Both the position numbers and the translations under genes were made by a program. Under the pieces are notes generated by a model that saw only the letters and a program-made list of their open reading frames with translations, was not told where the DNA came from and ran no database searches. Of a DNA stretch of 64,000 nucleotides, positions 62,481-64,000 are shown in pieces. How positions within the stretch are numbered: the stretch's first letter is position 1; every line of letters starts with the position of its first letter. Origin of the DNA: Antedon mediterranea (Eukaryota; Animalia; Echinodermata); NCBI RefSeq assembly GCF_964355755.1, contig NC_092672.1, forward strand, positions 8,742,001 to 8,806,000, written 5' to 3'.

Positions 62481-64000
62481 TTACCTCCGCCAAGGAGGTA
62501 TATGTAATCGGTAGCGTGGGTTTGTTACTTGGCAAAAAGAATTTTGCCAAGTATAGTATTCACTTTGTTTGTATGTATGTATGTATGAATGTATGTATGT
62601 ATGTGTGTTTGTATGTATGTTTGTTTGTTAGCACGATAGCGCCTACAGTTTTCAAGTTATTGTTCTGAATTTTTGGGTGTAGATAGTTATGTACTTTCAG
62701 ACCATGCCTATTGAAAATCAACAAAATTGGTTTATTAATAACTTCACAAATAACAAAAATGATATTATTTTCAGACCGGCTAGGTTTTTTGGACAAGAGG
62801 CAAGGGTTATAATTTGTGATTTGTAATTTTAAAACAAAAGTTGATTCAATGTACCGGCTTTTTCATACAAGTAGTTTTAAAAAACATATTTCTTTTCAAA
62901 TTCACCCGTTTGTTTTTGGCGTTGCTGTTCTATTGTTATTAAAATTAAACTATTGTTAGTTGATAATTAATTTTGTTAGTACCAGTGTGTGTCCTTCTTT
63001 ATTTCATTCTGTACATAGGTATATACTTACAGAACATGCCTATTGATTGTCAGGAAAACTGATATATTGGTCATGTCTCAAAAACTTATCTTCCGTACGA
63101 TATATTAAATAGCACGCATTCTGTCTTCTTTTAACATGGACATATTCTTTGATATGAACCAAAATATTAGTCGACTGGTCACGCGGTTAAGCTTACTACA
63201 TGGGTTAAGGCAGAGGCGCCGCAAATCGGCACAGCTTCAAGACACTCCTCGGCCATTATTCTGGTCAATCTTGATTTTAGAAAGGTCATTGTTGCAATGC
63301 CGGAATTGTTTGTGTTAAAAATTATTTAAACAAATTATTAACCTTAGTAGTATTTTAACCATGTAAAGCTAATACCTAAAGCAAAAATTGTATCTTTCAA
63401 CATGCTCCCAGTCAGTGGATATATTTTGCCAAGTACTTCACTCAGTTTCTGAGTGCTTTCATTTGTTTGTTTGTTTGTTAGCAGGATTACTCAAAAAGCA
63501 ATTACAATATCTTTACCAAAATGAATATATAGATAGATATGTGGTCAAGGACCATTCCATTAAATTTTGGGACCATTGTCCCAATTCTGGACCACTTTTT
63601 AGTATACTTTTCAGACCTGCTAGTGTTAAAAGATAGGACAGAATTTTTCAAAAGCCGGCGAGCAGTCTTAAAGTAACAAGTATACTGAAATTGAATTTTC
63701 TCGAGAACTACTTGTCCAAAAAACTTCATTTATGTACAAGAGGCAAGAGTTATAATTTGTGATTTGTAATTTTAAAACATAATTTGATTTAATGTTCACG
63801 TTTTTTGATGCCAGTAGTTTAAAAAACCTATTTTCTTTTCAAATTCACTCGTTTGATTTTCGCGTTGCTGTTCTATTGTTAGTCAACTCAAAGCTATTGT
63901 TAATTGAAAGGCTTGTTACATAACCATTACACCAAACTCGCATACACATGCTTGTAGTGAAATTAGCCTAAATCACAAACAGCATTAAGACACACACAAA
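62481..64000 (+). mobile_element. Helentron-associated (HINE-like) element, outer; may extend beyond the window
   Basis: 5' ACCTCCGCCAAGGAGGT palindromic end, then a (TTTG)n microsatellite that resumes at 63462 as TTTGTTTG...TTAGCAGGATTACTCAAAAAG. Confidence 0.6.
62525..63461 (+). mobile_element. Second HINE-like element nested in the microsatellite of the first
   Basis: 5' TACTTGGCAAAA..TTTTGCCAAGTA, (GTAT)n, 3' subTIR TTGCCAAGTA and terminal hairpin CACTCAG-TTT-CTGAGTG (63439-63455). Confidence 0.7.

Overview
AT-rich, intron-containing eukaryotic genomic DNA. It is probably from a marine invertebrate deuterostome such as an echinoderm, inferred from Deu/Nin-core SINEs, a Rex1/Babar-like LINE, a CR1/L2-group LINE and heavy TAGGCCTA enrichment. 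There are no prokaryotic features: no operons, CRISPR or rRNA. Three host genes were reconstructed by hand from splice signals and reading-frame phase. (1) A two-exon class A GPCR on the - strand (36268-36231 + 31860-30816, 360 aa). It resembles peptide receptors (bombesin/CCHamide-like TM3), but most activation microswitch motifs have degenerated. (2) A four-exon type I transmembrane mucin on the + strand (43130-43172, 44524-45216, 46095-46185, 51965-52055; 305 aa: signal peptide, Thr/Pro repeats, TM helix, tail ending YWDL). It is transcribed divergently from the GPCR. (3) Two 3' exons of an unidentified - strand gene (59879-59730, 58535-58503). The rest is a dense, often nested mobilome: a LINE with intact ORF2, truncated RTE, Rex1 and CCHC-type LINEs, SINEs, a tRNA-like unit flanked by (TA)n, several PIF/Harbinger and hAT MITE families, Helentron-type elements and minisatellites. 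I could not confirm a new biological system. The best leads are the degenerate GPCR, the unannotated mucin, the (TA)n-embedded tRNA(ATC) unit and the TAGGCCTA excess. Homology calls come from motif recognition only; no database search was run.
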